Shown in pieces: positions 28,625 through 39,595 of a DNA stretch of 64,000 nt; position 1 is the first letter of the stretch; the number at the start of each line of letters is the position of its first letter. Source of the stretch: Dehalococcoidia bacterium (GTDB lineage: Bacteria; Chloroflexota; Dehalococcoidia; UBA2979); NCBI GenBank assembly GCA_965262725.1, contig OZ253555.1, forward strand, positions 2,496,001-2,560,000, in the 5' to 3' direction. The notes under the pieces were generated by a model. The model had not been told where the DNA came from, made no database searches, and was given only the letters and a program-made list of their open reading frames with translations. A program made the position numbers and the translations under genes.

Positions 28625-30192
28625 CGCTCAACGAAGGCCGGGGTTGGCACCCCGGCGACACCCAAACAGCGTCAGCTAAGACCGCGGCGCGATAGGTCGA
28701 CGCTCAACGAAGGCCGGGGTTGGCACCCCGGCGACACCGCAGCGGTTCGGGTTTGGCGTCATGGGGTCGAGGCGCTCAACGAAGGCCGGGGTTGGCACCC
28801 CGGCGACACGCGGCGAGCCGGTGGCCACGGGTGGCGGCGCCGACCCCGCTCAACGAAGGCCGGGGTTGGCACCCCGGCGACACACACCCCGACGGTGCAG
28901 GGCAAGGGCTCTCGCCTCGACGCTCAACGAAGGCCGGGGTTGGCACCCCGGCGACACGAGATCGCGCCCGCAGCGATGTTGTAGCGGCCGCCGACGCTCA
29001 ACGAAGGCCGGGGTTGGCACCCCGGCGACACGGGCAGCGGCTCTCCGGACAGGTGTTCGTCGCCGCCCGCTCAACGAAGGCCGGGGTTGGCACCCCGGCG
29101 ACACCCGCGTGGAGGGCGCGGCCCTTGAGTGCCTCGTCCTCCGCTCAACGAAGGCCGGGGTTGGCACCCCGGCGACACACATCGGCGGGCTGCTCGCTCT
29201 CCTCGATGACCACGCTCAACGAAGGCCGGGGTTGGCACCCCGGCGACACCCGCGCCCCCGAGTTGTACAGACAGCGGCCTCCATGCGCTCAACGAAGGCC
29301 GGGGTTGGCACCCCGGCGACACCCGCCCGCGAGCTCCGCCCCGCCCTCCTTGAAGCCCACCGCTCAACGAAGGCCGGGGTTGGCACCCCGGCGACACCCT
29401 CGCGAGGCGGGGCGGATCCTCGCCCGCGAGACGCGCTCAACGAAGGCCGGGGTTGGCACCCCGGCGACACGGTTCCTCGAGCGCGCCGCCGGCGTGGAGG
29501 CCGGCGCTCAACGAAGGCCGGGGTTGGCACCCCGGCGACACGTCCCACGTCCCCTACCTCCGGCGGAGCCTCGAGACCGCTCAACGAAGGCCGGGGTTGG
29601 CACCCCGGCGACACGTGCTCCGCGACCGAGTCCGCGTAGCCCCGGCTCTTCGCTCAACGAAGGCCGGGGTTGGCACCCCGGCGACACACGCGCCCGCCGA
29701 CCTGGACCCGTGTCAGCACCTGCGCTCAACGAAGGCCGGGGTTGGCACCCCGGCGACACCGGCTCCGCGGTGGCCACAAGTCCATCGGTGTCCACCGCTC
29801 AACGAAGGCCGGGGTTGGCACCCCGGCGACACCTGTATGGCCGCGATGGCCGCGTTCACGTCCCCCACGCTCAACGAAGGCCGGGGTTGGCACCCCGGCG
29901 ACACATGCGCGTCAGCACGCGCGCGCGGCTGCCATCGTCGCTCAACGAAGGCCGGGGTTGGCACCCCGGCGACACCCCTTGATTCGCGGGCCGCCGACCT
30001 CACCCCCCAGCGCTCAACGAAGGCCGGGGTTGGCACCCCGGCGACACGTGACGTCGTGGGAGAGCGCGTCAACAGTGCGATATCGCTCAACGAAGGCCGG
30101 GGTTGGCACCCCGGCGACACCCGACGAATCCCGCGATCGCGGAACCGTCGTCCCGCGCTCAACGAAGGCCGGGGTTGGCACCCCGGCGACAC
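28625..30192 (-). CRISPR. CRISPR array, leader-side segment (22 repeats)
   Basis: Same 37-bp repeat, invariant, with unique 34-39 bp spacers. Confidence 0.98.
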
Positions 30193-30346
30193 TGCTAATC
30201 CTATCGGGGTGACGCTCCAGGAGAAGATTGCACAGATTTTCTGGCACGCCAGGCGCCTCAGCCATGCAGATTGGTAGCCACGTGTGCCCGTGATCCGGCC
30301 TCGCCCCGTGCCGAAGCGCTGAATCACCGGAGGTTCGCACGCCGCG
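30193..30346 (-). promoter_or_regulatory. CRISPR leader
   Basis: Non-coding, relatively AT-richer stretch between the cas2 stop and the first intact repeat, at the opposite end from the degenerate repeat. Confidence 0.65.
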
Positions 30347-30640
30347 TCATAGCACCCAGGGATGACCGAGCTTGCGCAATTCCTGGCTTCGGCCAAGGCG
30401 GAGCGTAGCGTCCTCGATTCTGGCCGGGAAACGGTAAACGATCACCGAGTCACGCTGGCGATCGATGACATCCTCGACCTCACCGATCATGCGAGCCAGC
30501 CGGGTGGCGGAGAGCCGGCACTCGAACACCGAGAACTGCACCCGCTGGCCGTACTTCTCGCAGACCGCGGCGACGCGCCTGAGGCGCACCGCTCCGGCAC
30601 CATCCGTGTCAGCGATGTCGTAGGAGATGAGGACGTCCAT
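30347..30640 (-). CDS. cas2: CRISPR-associated endoribonuclease Cas2
   Basis: LISYDIAD...RLRRVAAVCEKYGQRVQFSVFEC...DSVIVY. Confidence 0.96.
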   Translation of the reverse strand: MDVLISYDIADTDGAGAVRLRRVAAVCEKYGQRVQFSVFECRLSATRLARMIGEVEDVIDRQRDSVIVYRFPARIEDATLRLGRSQELRKLGHPWVL

Positions 30641-30643
30641 CAC

Positions 30644-31660
30644 TCACGCCAGTACGAACGGAGGATACGCCGGCAAATCCCCGCGCAGGTGCCGGGCGAG
30701 GAGCGTCGCTTGCACCGACGGGAGCGCCCACCGCTCCACGGGTCGACCCAGAAGCTGGTGGCGAACCTCCGTTCCCTTGTGCTCCTCCCATGCTTCGATC
30801 AAGCGTGTTCTGCCGATGTCGCCGAGATAGACGCCGCCGCCAGGCGTGTGGTCGAAATCACCCGGGCCGACCTGCCTGCGGCGGACAAGCGACACAACGA
30901 ACCGATCCGTCAGCGCACGGAACTCTTCAGCAAGGTCGAGAGCGAGTGACGGCCGGCCCGCGCGGGGGCGGTGGAAGAATCCCATCTGGTAGTCCAACCC
31001 GACGCTTTCCGCCGCGCCGATACACTCCGTAACGAGCATGCCGTAGCAGAACCCCAGCAGCGCATTGACGGGGTCGCGCGGCGGCCGGCGCGTCCTCCCC
31101 GAGAACTCAAGCTCACTTGATGCGACGGCCCGGCCGATCGCGCGGAAGTAGATCCTGGCAGCGTCACCCTCGACGCCTCGAACATGGTCGGCGGTGTCCG
31201 CCCCTGCCAACCGCGCGATGCGTTCCCGTATCTGCGCCCCTCTGGCCGCGAGCTGTTCCGCCTCGACCGGATTCTTCTCGTCCCGCGACCACCGGCCGAC
31301 GACCCGGCTGCTGTTCTGGAGCTTCGCCGCGACGATCGCCCGGGCCACCGCCAGTGACCGGGTGTCGTCCATGACGGCGGCGAACTGGGCCGTCCGCAAG
31401 TGCACGTTGCCGCTGGTCGGGCCATTAACGACGAAGCGGATGGCGCCGCTCATCTGAAGCGCCGCCACGCGAACGCCGCGACGCACGCACGCATCGAGCG
31501 CCTGCGTCGTGATCTGCGCGCCCCCCAGGACGACAAGAGCGTCAACGGCTTCAAGCGGAACACGCTGGCTGCCTTCCGGCGAAGACACCACCAGGGAACC
31601 CCGGCGGTGCCGCACGCGGGCGCGATGATTCCTCACGTAGACGGTGTTCAGGTAGCGCAT
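30644..31660 (-). CDS. cas1: CRISPR-associated endonuclease Cas1
   Basis: LNTVYV, GNVHLRTAQ, RGVEGDAARIYF, RRPPRDPVNALL, GFFH, SLALDLAEEFR. Confidence 0.96.
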   Translation of the reverse strand: MRYLNTVYVRNHRARVRHRRGSLVVSSPEGSQRVPLEAVDALVVLGGAQITTQALDACVRRGVRVAALQMSGAIRFVVNGPTSGNVHLRTAQFAAVMDDTRSLAVARAIVAAKLQNSSRVVGRWSRDEKNPVEAEQLAARGAQIRERIARLAGADTADHVRGVEGDAARIYFRAIGRAVASSELEFSGRTRRPPRDPVNALLGFCYGMLVTECIGAAESVGLDYQMGFFHRPRAGRPSLALDLAEEFRALTDRFVVSLVRRRQVGPGDFDHTPGGGVYLGDIGRTRLIEAWEEHKGTEVRHQLLGRPVERWALPSVQATLLARHLRGDLPAYPPFVLA

Positions 31661-32265
31661 CGGAACACAACATCCTCCATGTACCGGTTCACTCTGCGCG
31701 GCGCACTGGAGAGTTCCGGTAGACAGTGGTGCAGGAGCTGGCACTCCGTGCATCGGGCATCGTTGGGCGCCTCGGGCAACTCGAAGGTCATCAACTGCGT
31801 TCTGATTGCTTCGATGACTTGTCGTACGTCCCTGCGCAGTGCCTCGGTGAAGTCGACGCGCAGCCGCCGTCTCGGTCCGCCGTACCACACATACCCGTGT
31901 GGTATTTCGACCTCAAGCATCTCCTCGAGGCAGAGCGCCTGTGCGCACAGCTGCAGGTCCGCGGCCGCTCCGTGCTGGACGCCGGCCTTGTACTCGACGG
32001 GCCGAACCGCGCCGCCCTCCACCTCAACGGCGTCGGCGCGCCCCGACAGTCCCAGTACCTCCGACCAGAGGGGGATCGCCCTGAGCACTTGCCGTCCCCG
32101 TTCCTGACGATGCTGCCCGCCGTCCACCCGCCGGTGGGCACGCGTGCCCCTGACGGTGTGGGCGTTGTCGCTCCAGACGCCGTCGCAGTGGATGAGGGCG
32201 CACTGCCGCGGGCAGTACACGAAGTGCTCGATCGCGGAGATCTGGACGACGGGTTCGGGCGTCAC
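31648..32265 (-). CDS. cas4: CRISPR-associated exonuclease Cas4
   Basis: ISAIEHFVYCPRQ, GRADAVE, PVEYK, QLCAQALCLEEM, CTECQLLHHC. Confidence 0.95.
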   Translation of the reverse strand: MTPEPVVQISAIEHFVYCPRQCALIHCDGVWSDNAHTVRGTRAHRRVDGGQHRQERGRQVLRAIPLWSEVLGLSGRADAVEVEGGAVRPVEYKAGVQHGAAADLQLCAQALCLEEMLEVEIPHGYVWYGGPRRRLRVDFTEALRRDVRQVIEAIRTQLMTFELPEAPNDARCTECQLLHHCLPELSSAPRRVNRYMEDVVFRCAT

Positions 32266-33161
32266 AGCCGCATGGCACCGATCGCCCGGGTCGAATCCGC
32301 CGAGCTTCGGCGCTCGAACTGCACGCTCCGCCATCCGGCGTGTACACCAAGCCGTGCCCACCCGTCCTCCCGCTCAGGGCTCCAGGCGTCCAGGAGTGCA
32401 TCGATGCCATCGCTGTCGAGCGGTTGGCTCCACGCGGGCCAGTGGAAACTGCGCAACTCCCCGGTTCCGGCAACCTGCCGCCACCCCCGTTGCAGTGGAG
32501 AGAGGTGTGCGGAGCGATCAAGCCGCTTGTCGGCCCCTCGTCCTCGCACCGGCAGGAGGGCGAGGCCGAAGAACGCGAGCACCTCGACGACCGGATCAAC
32601 CCAGGGGGCCGTCGCATCCTGTAGGGATCCAAGCCTCGTCTGGTCGAACCCTAATCCGTTGTCCTGCACGCGATCAGCCTGGCCCGCCAGCGATTCGCGG
32701 AGTCGCGCCTCCGGGTCGTCCAGGCGCCCGTGGACCTTGAGCAGCCGGTGATGGAGCCACTTGGTGGTTCCGGGCCCGGCGGGGTCGAACGGAGCATGGG
32801 CAACCTCGCCGCTCTCGTCGACTGAGAGATCGGTCATCGTCGACGAGAGCGTCCACGAGCGCCGGTGGCTCCGCGCCGCTCGGGCGCGCTCGGCGAACGC
32901 CTCGACGGGAACCCTCCGCTGAAGCCTGGCGGCACCCTGCCAGTCCTCGGCGATCGGCAGCTCGGACAGGGCCGCCGCAGCCGGCCACGACTCGAGCAGG
33001 GCGGTCACCGGATCGAGGGCCGTGCAAGCGAGCACGGCAACGGGCTCACTATCGGTCGTCCAGCGCAACCGGATGCGTTCGTCAAGGACAGTGGCGCCCA
33101 CTGCCGCAAGCCACGCATTGACCCATGATGCCCGCCAGCCCGGACACGCTACGTCGGTCAC
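32262..33161 (-). CDS. Short type I-G large subunit (Cas8g2/Csb3-like)
   Basis: Lies between cas3 and cas4. WLAAVG...RLRW, LGFD, PVVEVLAFFGLALLP, FHWPAWSQPL. Confidence 0.7.
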   Translation of the reverse strand: MTDVACPGWRASWVNAWLAAVGATVLDERIRLRWTTDSEPVAVLACTALDPVTALLESWPAAAALSELPIAEDWQGAARLQRRVPVEAFAERARAARSHRRSWTLSSTMTDLSVDESGEVAHAPFDPAGPGTTKWLHHRLLKVHGRLDDPEARLRESLAGQADRVQDNGLGFDQTRLGSLQDATAPWVDPVVEVLAFFGLALLPVRGRGADKRLDRSAHLSPLQRGWRQVAGTGELRSFHWPAWSQPLDSDGIDALLDAWSPEREDGWARLGVHAGWRSVQFERRSSADSTRAIGAMRL

Positions 33162-35947
33162 CGGGGCGCCCCCTGGGGTACATCCGCGCCGGCGGACACT
33201 GTCCAGTCCGCCAGGCGCACGATCGCTTCAAGCAGTGCTAACCCCCACGGGCCGAAGCGCTCGTTCAGCCTCCTGAAGCGGCGCGGTTGGCTCCAGTCGA
33301 CAATGGCCAGGTCAGCCGGTGCTTCGACCGACGCGCCATCCACTACAACCGACACCATCGGAGGAGTACGGTCGGTCACCGGTGGTACGAGCGGGCGGCC
33401 CTTGCCGTGGTGGCTGATCACGAGATGGAGCAGCAGGTCCCGACGATCGGGATCGCCCCAGGATCGGTGCGATTCGAGCCAGACGTGCACCAGGCGGGCG
33501 GACAGGACCTCGTGACGGCCGCCCTGCGGCCACCCACCGTGCGTCGCCTCCCAGCGGTGACGCGGTGTGTCCGACTTGGCCAAGAGCTCGTCACTTCGTC
33601 CCTCGGGATCGAGTCGTCGCTGGAAGCGCGCGTCGGCTTTCCCGATGTCGTGCAGCGCTCCGGCGCGCTCCACAACCTCAGCCAGGTCTGCCCGGAGCCC
33701 AATACGCTCCGCGATCACCCGCGCCAGTACACCCACAGCCCGGCCGTGCTCATCGAGCCGGACAGCCGCAGCGCTGAGCGACGTCTCGTCGAAGTCACTG
33801 CTGAGGTCGCTGCTCGGCCGTAAAGCCTCATCTGTCCGGCACGTCAGCCGGGGCACTTCGCGGCGCGGCTCTTCGACGGAGGAACCGAGGGCATCCGTGA
33901 ACTCGGACCATTCCCTGTCATCCCATCCGGGTGGCGTCACCGCCTCTCTGAGCCGAGCCCGGATCGTCTGCGCTGCTTCGTCGCGCGAGGCCTGATCGAC
34001 ATCTTCGTGCTCGTCGGTCTCCAACGCGATCGCCAGCTGGGGCGTCACGTCGACGCCGCACAGCCGCTCGATTGCCTTCGCATCGAGCGGTACTCCCTGC
34101 CCCGCCAGCGATGCATCCACGACGGGGCAGGATGCGGCGGGGTTCCAGCCGAACTCATCCAGGAGGCCGCGGTCGGCGGCAAGGATGATCTGGTCTCCGG
34201 GCCGTAGATCCGCCGCCCGCGTCAGCTCCACCGTCACGCCGTCCGGAGCCAGCCGATGGAGGTCTTCGTCATCCTGCAGCGCCATCCGTACCTCGCCGAT
34301 CGCAACATCCGCGGATTCGCGATCACTGGCACGGGGCCACAGCCGCTGACCCTCCCCGGGCACGTGGACGCGCCAGATGACGGACACGGAGTACTCGGAT
34401 ACCTGGATGCCGCTGAAGTAGGGCTCGACGGGGGCCTCCCCGTCCGGTGGGTTGGTCGTCTTCGTCCACTCGCGCACAATCCCCGGCAGCACTTCCGGTG
34501 CCCGGCCGTGATCATCGCCCGGAGCGCCCAGCACCTCGGCCACGCGCGCAGGCGGCAGATCCACGACGCGGCGCTTATCTCCAGCGCACGCGCCCTCCAG
34601 TCGCCGGAGAACCTGCGAGGGCTCCTCGCCGTACACGGGCCAGGCTGCAGACTCCTGGCCGCGGCCGGCCCCACGGCGCCCCCTGGGAGGCGGCGCATGC
34701 ACGTACACGGCCCGCGCGTGCGGATGGTGCCCGAGCCGATTCACTCTGCCCAGGCGTTGTGTGAGCGAGCGAACCCCGCACGCTTCCGTGACGAGGTATT
34801 CCGCGTCGAGGTCCGCGCCGACCTCGAGGGTCTGCGTCGCAACCACGACGAGGTGCCGTTCGCGGAGAAGTCCCGCCGGGCGCGCTGCAGCCATGCCGGT
34901 GGCGCGATCCAGGATGCGCGCCCGGATCTGCTCGGCCTCCCGTTCGCGGTTGAGGCCGGTCAGCAGTAACGCTTCGGCATCCGGCACCTGCTGACGCAGG
35001 CGCTCGAACACCTTCCGTGCCGTCCTCGGCGCGTTGGCGAAGATCAGGAAGGACGCCGGCTCCGGGGCGGCAGTGAGCAGCTCGAGTGCCGCCTCCGCGA
35101 GTAGCTTGCCCGTGTCGCCTGCGTCGTACCTCCGCACTTCCAGCGGCTTCGCGGCGTGCAGCCGGCGCTGAATGACCGGGTTCGACTCGTCCTGGTCATC
35201 GAGATCGAACCGCTCTCCGGAGGCATCGCCCGTCGCGGTCAGCGCGGTGATCCTCGCCCTCGAACGGGCTGCACCGAGTATGGGCTCTGCTTCGGGCGCA
35301 CACTCGGCGATCGCGGGAATCAACGTCATCAGGTGCGGGGCGAGGTGTGCTTCGTCCAGGAGGACGAGGCTGTCAGTCCCAGCCATCGCAGCGTCTATGG
35401 GGCACCGATTCAACGTCGATCCGTAGCCTCGGAACAGAAGCCGCGAGCCGTACATCGGTAACGTGCACAGGATGACCGTCGGCCGTGAAGGGTCGGCCGG
35501 CGTTCGCGACGCGACTCCCCCGCGCAGTCGTATGACGTCGAGCGGTGGTGCGGCTGGATTGGCGGAGAGGGAACGGAGCCGCTCGGCGATCTCGCCGACG
35601 ACCCCCCGCGCGTCCGCCGCGAGATCGACCGAACCGGGATCGGCGAGCACCCGCGCAAGCTGTTCGGCATAGTCTGCGGTCGAGTCCACCAGCAGGCGCC
35701 GGTTGACCACCCACCAGATGCGGGTCGGCGCCGTGCGCCGCGCCGGCTCGCGATCCGCCTGGGTCGCGAGCCACCACACGGCGATGTCCAGGCACGCCGT
35801 CTTGCCCAGCCCGGTCGGTACGCCAACCTCCCGGGGCCACTCGTCCGACTCGGCGACCTGCCCGGCCAGCCGCGCCTGCCACGGAAAGGGCTCACGCCCG
35901 TGGATGGCCCGGTAGAAGTCGGCGAAGGTCGGTGCGGGAGCCATCAT
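33158..35947 (-). CDS. cas3: Type I-G Cas3 helicase with C-terminal HD nuclease
   Basis: PFPWQ, PTGLGKT, VVNRRLLVD, GSRLLFRGYG, LDEAHL, ATQTLEVGADLD, QRLGRVNR, and C-terminal LHDIGKAD...RHE...SHHG. Confidence 0.95.
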   Translation of the reverse strand: MMAPAPTFADFYRAIHGREPFPWQARLAGQVAESDEWPREVGVPTGLGKTACLDIAVWWLATQADREPARRTAPTRIWWVVNRRLLVDSTADYAEQLARVLADPGSVDLAADARGVVGEIAERLRSLSANPAAPPLDVIRLRGGVASRTPADPSRPTVILCTLPMYGSRLLFRGYGSTLNRCPIDAAMAGTDSLVLLDEAHLAPHLMTLIPAIAECAPEAEPILGAARSRARITALTATGDASGERFDLDDQDESNPVIQRRLHAAKPLEVRRYDAGDTGKLLAEAALELLTAAPEPASFLIFANAPRTARKVFERLRQQVPDAEALLLTGLNREREAEQIRARILDRATGMAAARPAGLLRERHLVVVATQTLEVGADLDAEYLVTEACGVRSLTQRLGRVNRLGHHPHARAVYVHAPPPRGRRGAGRGQESAAWPVYGEEPSQVLRRLEGACAGDKRRVVDLPPARVAEVLGAPGDDHGRAPEVLPGIVREWTKTTNPPDGEAPVEPYFSGIQVSEYSVSVIWRVHVPGEGQRLWPRASDRESADVAIGEVRMALQDDEDLHRLAPDGVTVELTRAADLRPGDQIILAADRGLLDEFGWNPAASCPVVDASLAGQGVPLDAKAIERLCGVDVTPQLAIALETDEHEDVDQASRDEAAQTIRARLREAVTPPGWDDREWSEFTDALGSSVEEPRREVPRLTCRTDEALRPSSDLSSDFDETSLSAAAVRLDEHGRAVGVLARVIAERIGLRADLAEVVERAGALHDIGKADARFQRRLDPEGRSDELLAKSDTPRHRWEATHGGWPQGGRHEVLSARLVHVWLESHRSWGDPDRRDLLLHLVISHHGKGRPLVPPVTDRTPPMVSVVVDGASVEAPADLAIVDWSQPRRFRRLNERFGPWGLALLEAIVRLADWTVSAGADVPQGAPR

Positions 35948-35973
35948 CGTTCCACCGCGAAGGTGTTCGCTCG

Positions 35974-37383
35974 TCAAGCCCGACCATCGAGTGGGACGCA
36001 GAGTCCGAAACCCCGCTGCCGTCCGGAGCCGATGACGACCGGCCCCGGGATCGCCTGCTCGAACCACAGCTCGACGTGTGAATACGGAAGCGGCGGCCTG
36101 CCCGGCCGGTTCACTTCCACCGGGGCGAGATCGAGCGCCCCGGGGATCAGCGGCGTGTGCGCCGACCGCAAGTCGATGGGCGCCGGTAACCCCGCATGCT
36201 CACACCAGCGGGTGACCTCCGCCAGGTCTAGGCGATGGCGGCGCTCGTGAATCGCCGGTACTGCCGTCGCCCAGCCGGACGAGGGTCGCAGCCATCGATT
36301 CGGATGGGCGGCCATGGGACGCTCCTCGTCGTCGCGCGGGGTCACCGCCACATCGACTCCGTGCCCGACGAGCCGCCGGATCGAGAACGCCGCATCGCGG
36401 GCCATGCCGTGTACCGCTGCGTCGCACCCCGGTGGTAGCCACAGGGCCAGCCCGTGGATGCGCCCGCGCGACCGCGGATAGCCTGCGTCAGGAAGCGCGA
36501 GGTAGCGGGCAAGCTCGTAGCCCGTCGCGCTGAATCCGTGTCCGTGGAGCACCGCCGGAGGCTCGCCGTGCATCTGCTGGTGCTGGCTGAGGATGGCCTC
36601 CTTGAAGAGCGCGGTCAGCGCCGAAACGCGTCGCCCGGAGACCGCCGTCGCGAGGCGCAACCACGCCACGACTTCGCCTCGGTCCCGCGGCTCCTCCGAC
36701 CGCGGTGAGCGGTACGGAACCGGGTGCGTCAGCGCCGGGGACTGCGACCGGCTGACCGAGGCACCGTGCACGACCCACCGCTCGTGGAGACGATCCCAGC
36801 GAGCAAGGTCCCCCTCAACGGGCACGTTGATCACGGTGCCGCCTGCGTGATCGGGGACGAACGCGCCGGCCTCGGCCGGGGGTGCGACCATCTCCGTGGA
36901 GACGCGTGTGCGCACCGGCGAGTCCGCGGAGCCCAGGTACCCTACACGCGCGGCGCGGCGCCGAAGCGCCTCGAGGATCGTGTCGTTGGGTGGCGCCACA
37001 TCCCACTGGTAGACCACGCGGGGCGAGCGCGGGGCGACCCGCACACCGGCCCGGCTGGCCGCGCCCGAGCGGCCCACGTACTCGTGGTGCGTCCCCTTCG
37101 CTGGCGCGGCCCCGTGCTGCACGACGAACCGCGGCCGAAGGGGCTGGTGAACGGGGTCGGGATCAGCGTGTATGACCGGCGACGGCAACCGCTCGAACCA
37201 CTCGAGCTCGGTGCCGTCGGTGACCCGGCACGCGTCTCCGGTCCCGTCGGCCGCCACCAACGCCGCGAAGAGGCGTGCCGGCGACGGCGGCCACTCGCCG
37301 CGCGTCAGGCGGCCGGTGTTGGCGGTACCGTCGGGGTCGCCGCGAAACGTGCCGTGCAGGAGTTCGACCGAGATCGAGAGCAT
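35974..37383 (-). CDS. csb2: Type I-G Csb2 (Cas5/Cas6 fusion)
   Basis: EWPPSPARLFAALVA, YLGSADS, GPVVIGSGRQRGFGLC. Confidence 0.93.
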   Translation of the reverse strand: MLSISVELLHGTFRGDPDGTANTGRLTRGEWPPSPARLFAALVAADGTGDACRVTDGTELEWFERLPSPVIHADPDPVHQPLRPRFVVQHGAAPAKGTHHEYVGRSGAASRAGVRVAPRSPRVVYQWDVAPPNDTILEALRRRAARVGYLGSADSPVRTRVSTEMVAPPAEAGAFVPDHAGGTVINVPVEGDLARWDRLHERWVVHGASVSRSQSPALTHPVPYRSPRSEEPRDRGEVVAWLRLATAVSGRRVSALTALFKEAILSQHQQMHGEPPAVLHGHGFSATGYELARYLALPDAGYPRSRGRIHGLALWLPPGCDAAVHGMARDAAFSIRRLVGHGVDVAVTPRDDEERPMAAHPNRWLRPSSGWATAVPAIHERRHRLDLAEVTRWCEHAGLPAPIDLRSAHTPLIPGALDLAPVEVNRPGRPPLPYSHVELWFEQAIPGPVVIGSGRQRGFGLCVPLDGRA

Positions 37384-38576
37384 CAGTCGCCTGGCTCGGG
37401 CCAGGTCGAGCGGATCGCCTTTGCGAGTGCATCGCCGGGTCGCAGCATCATCGGCGGCTGCCCCCAGCCATCGAGCGGTACTCCGACCGACTCAGCATGC
37501 GTGCGGGCAGCCTCCAGCAGCGTCCGTGTCGCCTCAGCGCCACCCAGGTCGCACGTCTCGTCACCGGAGCCACCGAGCCACGTCACCGTAGCGGCGGCCG
37601 GCCGCAGGTCGGCGCCGGAGCGGAGCGCGAAGGCGTGCCCGAAGGCGAGCTGGTGGGCGTGGAGCCCAAGCGCAACGAGGAGCGCCCGCGCGGCCGAGTC
37701 CGCTCCTCGCGACGCTTCCCGTCCCAGGCTGACACGCCGCAATTGGGCGAAGGACACGGTCGCTCGCTGGGTCACCCGCTGGAACGAGACGGCCGACGCG
37801 GCCGCGTCGCTCCCCATGAACGGCACCTGGCCGTGACCGAGCTCCGACAGCCTGTCCCGCTTCCCGCCCTCGACCTTCTCGGCCCCTCCGATATCCCACC
37901 TGGTTCGATCGTCCGGGTTCGAGGTCACGACTTCGTCTGTGTTCAGGTTCAGGGGGTCACCCTTCAGGCCCAGGACCCTGGTCTCGGTCGACCCCGGTCG
38001 CCACCCAACAATCTCCGAGACCCACGCCCGGGCGTGCTTGCTGTTGTGGCGCTTCCTGCCCAGGTGGGACTGCCAGAATCCGTACAGCAGTGCCTGCGGG
38101 AACCAGGACATCAGCGGCCCGCATTCTTGGGCGGTGGCGCCGAAGATGGCCTGCCCGACCTCCGTACGGATGAAGTCGAGGTCGCCCAACCGGGCGTCGC
38201 GAAGATACGCGTCCGCATTGCGGTGCGGGAATTCGAGGCTCGAGAGCGACCGGGGCAAGTGAGCCGGCAGGCCGCGGATCTCGGACAGGTCGAGAACCAA
38301 CTCCGGGATCGAACTCGACTCGCGGTCGCGCCGCAGGGCGTGCTCCAGGCGGTTGGCCTGCGACGGAACATTGTCGATCACGATGATTGGCGTGGGTTCC
38401 GCATCCCCCGGTGAGGCCCAACGGCGATCGAGTTGGTACGTCCCGCCCTCGTACACCGCCGGCTTGACCGGACCACCGGGCCCCGAAAGGGGCTGGAGTT
38501 CCGCATCGATCCGAATGCCGTCATCGAACGCGTCGTCCGCGCAGGCGAACAGCAGTTGTTCAGCGTCGATCGTCAT
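37383..38576 (-). CDS. csb1: Type I-G Cas7 backbone Csb1
   Basis: LQPLSG..VKPAVY, IDNVPSQANRLE, PHRNADA, PQALLYGFWQS, RLSELGHGQVP. Confidence 0.93.
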   Translation of the reverse strand: MTIDAEQLLFACADDAFDDGIRIDAELQPLSGPGGPVKPAVYEGGTYQLDRRWASPGDAEPTPIIVIDNVPSQANRLEHALRRDRESSSIPELVLDLSEIRGLPAHLPRSLSSLEFPHRNADAYLRDARLGDLDFIRTEVGQAIFGATAQECGPLMSWFPQALLYGFWQSHLGRKRHNSKHARAWVSEIVGWRPGSTETRVLGLKGDPLNLNTDEVVTSNPDDRTRWDIGGAEKVEGGKRDRLSELGHGQVPFMGSDAAASAVSFQRVTQRATVSFAQLRRVSLGREASRGADSAARALLVALGLHAHQLAFGHAFALRSGADLRPAAATVTWLGGSGDETCDLGGAEATRTLLEAARTHAESVGVPLDGWGQPPMMLRPGDALAKAIRSTWPEPGD

Positions 38577-38959
38577 ACACCCCCTAGACCTAGCGTTGAC
38601 ACCCGTTGCGTGCAGCGACAGCTGGCCGGTCCGTCAGCGCTTCTTCTTCGGTCGTCGTCTCTCGGTTTCCCGAACGGTGGTACGAGGGTGGTCGTCGGCG
38701 TACTTGTTCGTAACGTATCTTCCGGACCCCGCGTCTCGATACTTGGGTTGCGGTTTGCCAGCCACAGCAGGTTTCTTCAATACCCGCAATCGTTCTCGTA
38801 CGGGAATACTCGCGGATTAATATATGACACCTGTTGCGCCCCGCGCCAGCAACCCGGGATTATCGACCCGAGCCTCGCCTGCTGCACGGGCTCCATGACG
38901 GTGAGCTGCCTCCCGTAGGCGGACCGCCGCCGGTGCGGATCCGCGCGACGGTCATGTCG

Positions 38960-39250
38960 GGCGTGCAGGAATGCGCTCACGAGCCCGCGGTCGGGCCAGA
39001 GCTGCGCCGCGATCTCGACGCGGAAGGTTTCTTGGGGGCGCAGGGCCAGCAGCGCGATGAGACGGCTCGCCGCCTCCGGCACGTCGCAGTCGACGCCGTT
39101 CACGGTGACCGCGAAGCCTCCCAGCAGCGTGACGCGGATCGACGGCTGCACAGGACCGCCCCTCCCCCACGAGTCCCGGTCGGGCCGGGTGGGGCGCTCC
39201 GCCCGGCGCTCGGCTCGACGCACTCCCCGCGTCTGCCTCCCGGTACTCAT
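38960..39250 (-). pseudogene. Truncated SARP/BTAD regulator (N-terminal part only)
   Basis: IRVTLLGGFAVTVNGVDCDVPEAASRLIALLALRP...AQLWPD, after which homology to 11347..12126 stops. Confidence 0.7.
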
Positions 39251-39411
39251 CGTGCCTGTCGTGCGCCGGCTGTGGCGAAGCGACGGCGAGGGTGAGCACG
39301 ATACCGCACGGCGACTGACCGTGTCGAGCAGGGGCGGCGCAAGGTCGAGCGCCACCGTGCCACGCACGCCATCGTGGTCATGACGGGTGCCTCCCCACGG
39401 CTCAGGGACAG

Positions 39412-39595
39412 CGGCGGCCGCGCGTGGACGGATGCGCCAGCTCGCGCCGACCGGGGACATCAACGGGGTCCGCAAGGTCTTCACGGTGCTGACCGAGTCG
39501 CTGCGGGAGCTGGACGACCCCGGGCCGGGCCCGCCCAGGAGAGGAGGGAGCTGCTCGCCGAGCTCCGGGCCCGCGAGCAGGGCGCGGTGGTGTGA
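39412..39595 (+). pseudogene. 3' fragment of a second LysM-BTAD gene copy
   Basis: Aligns by eye with about 24055-24241 (AARGRMR...NGVRKVF...GAVV*), with indels. Confidence 0.8.

Noticed and set aside
24998-30192. Self-targeting spacers within the window
   Set aside because: No match noticed in a partial check by eye. This needs a BLAST search, so it is not claimed either way.
28526-30396. Repetitive ORFs (STKAGVGTPAT / LNEGRGWHPGDT)
   Set aside because: Translations of CRISPR repeats. The same applies at 24805-25861.
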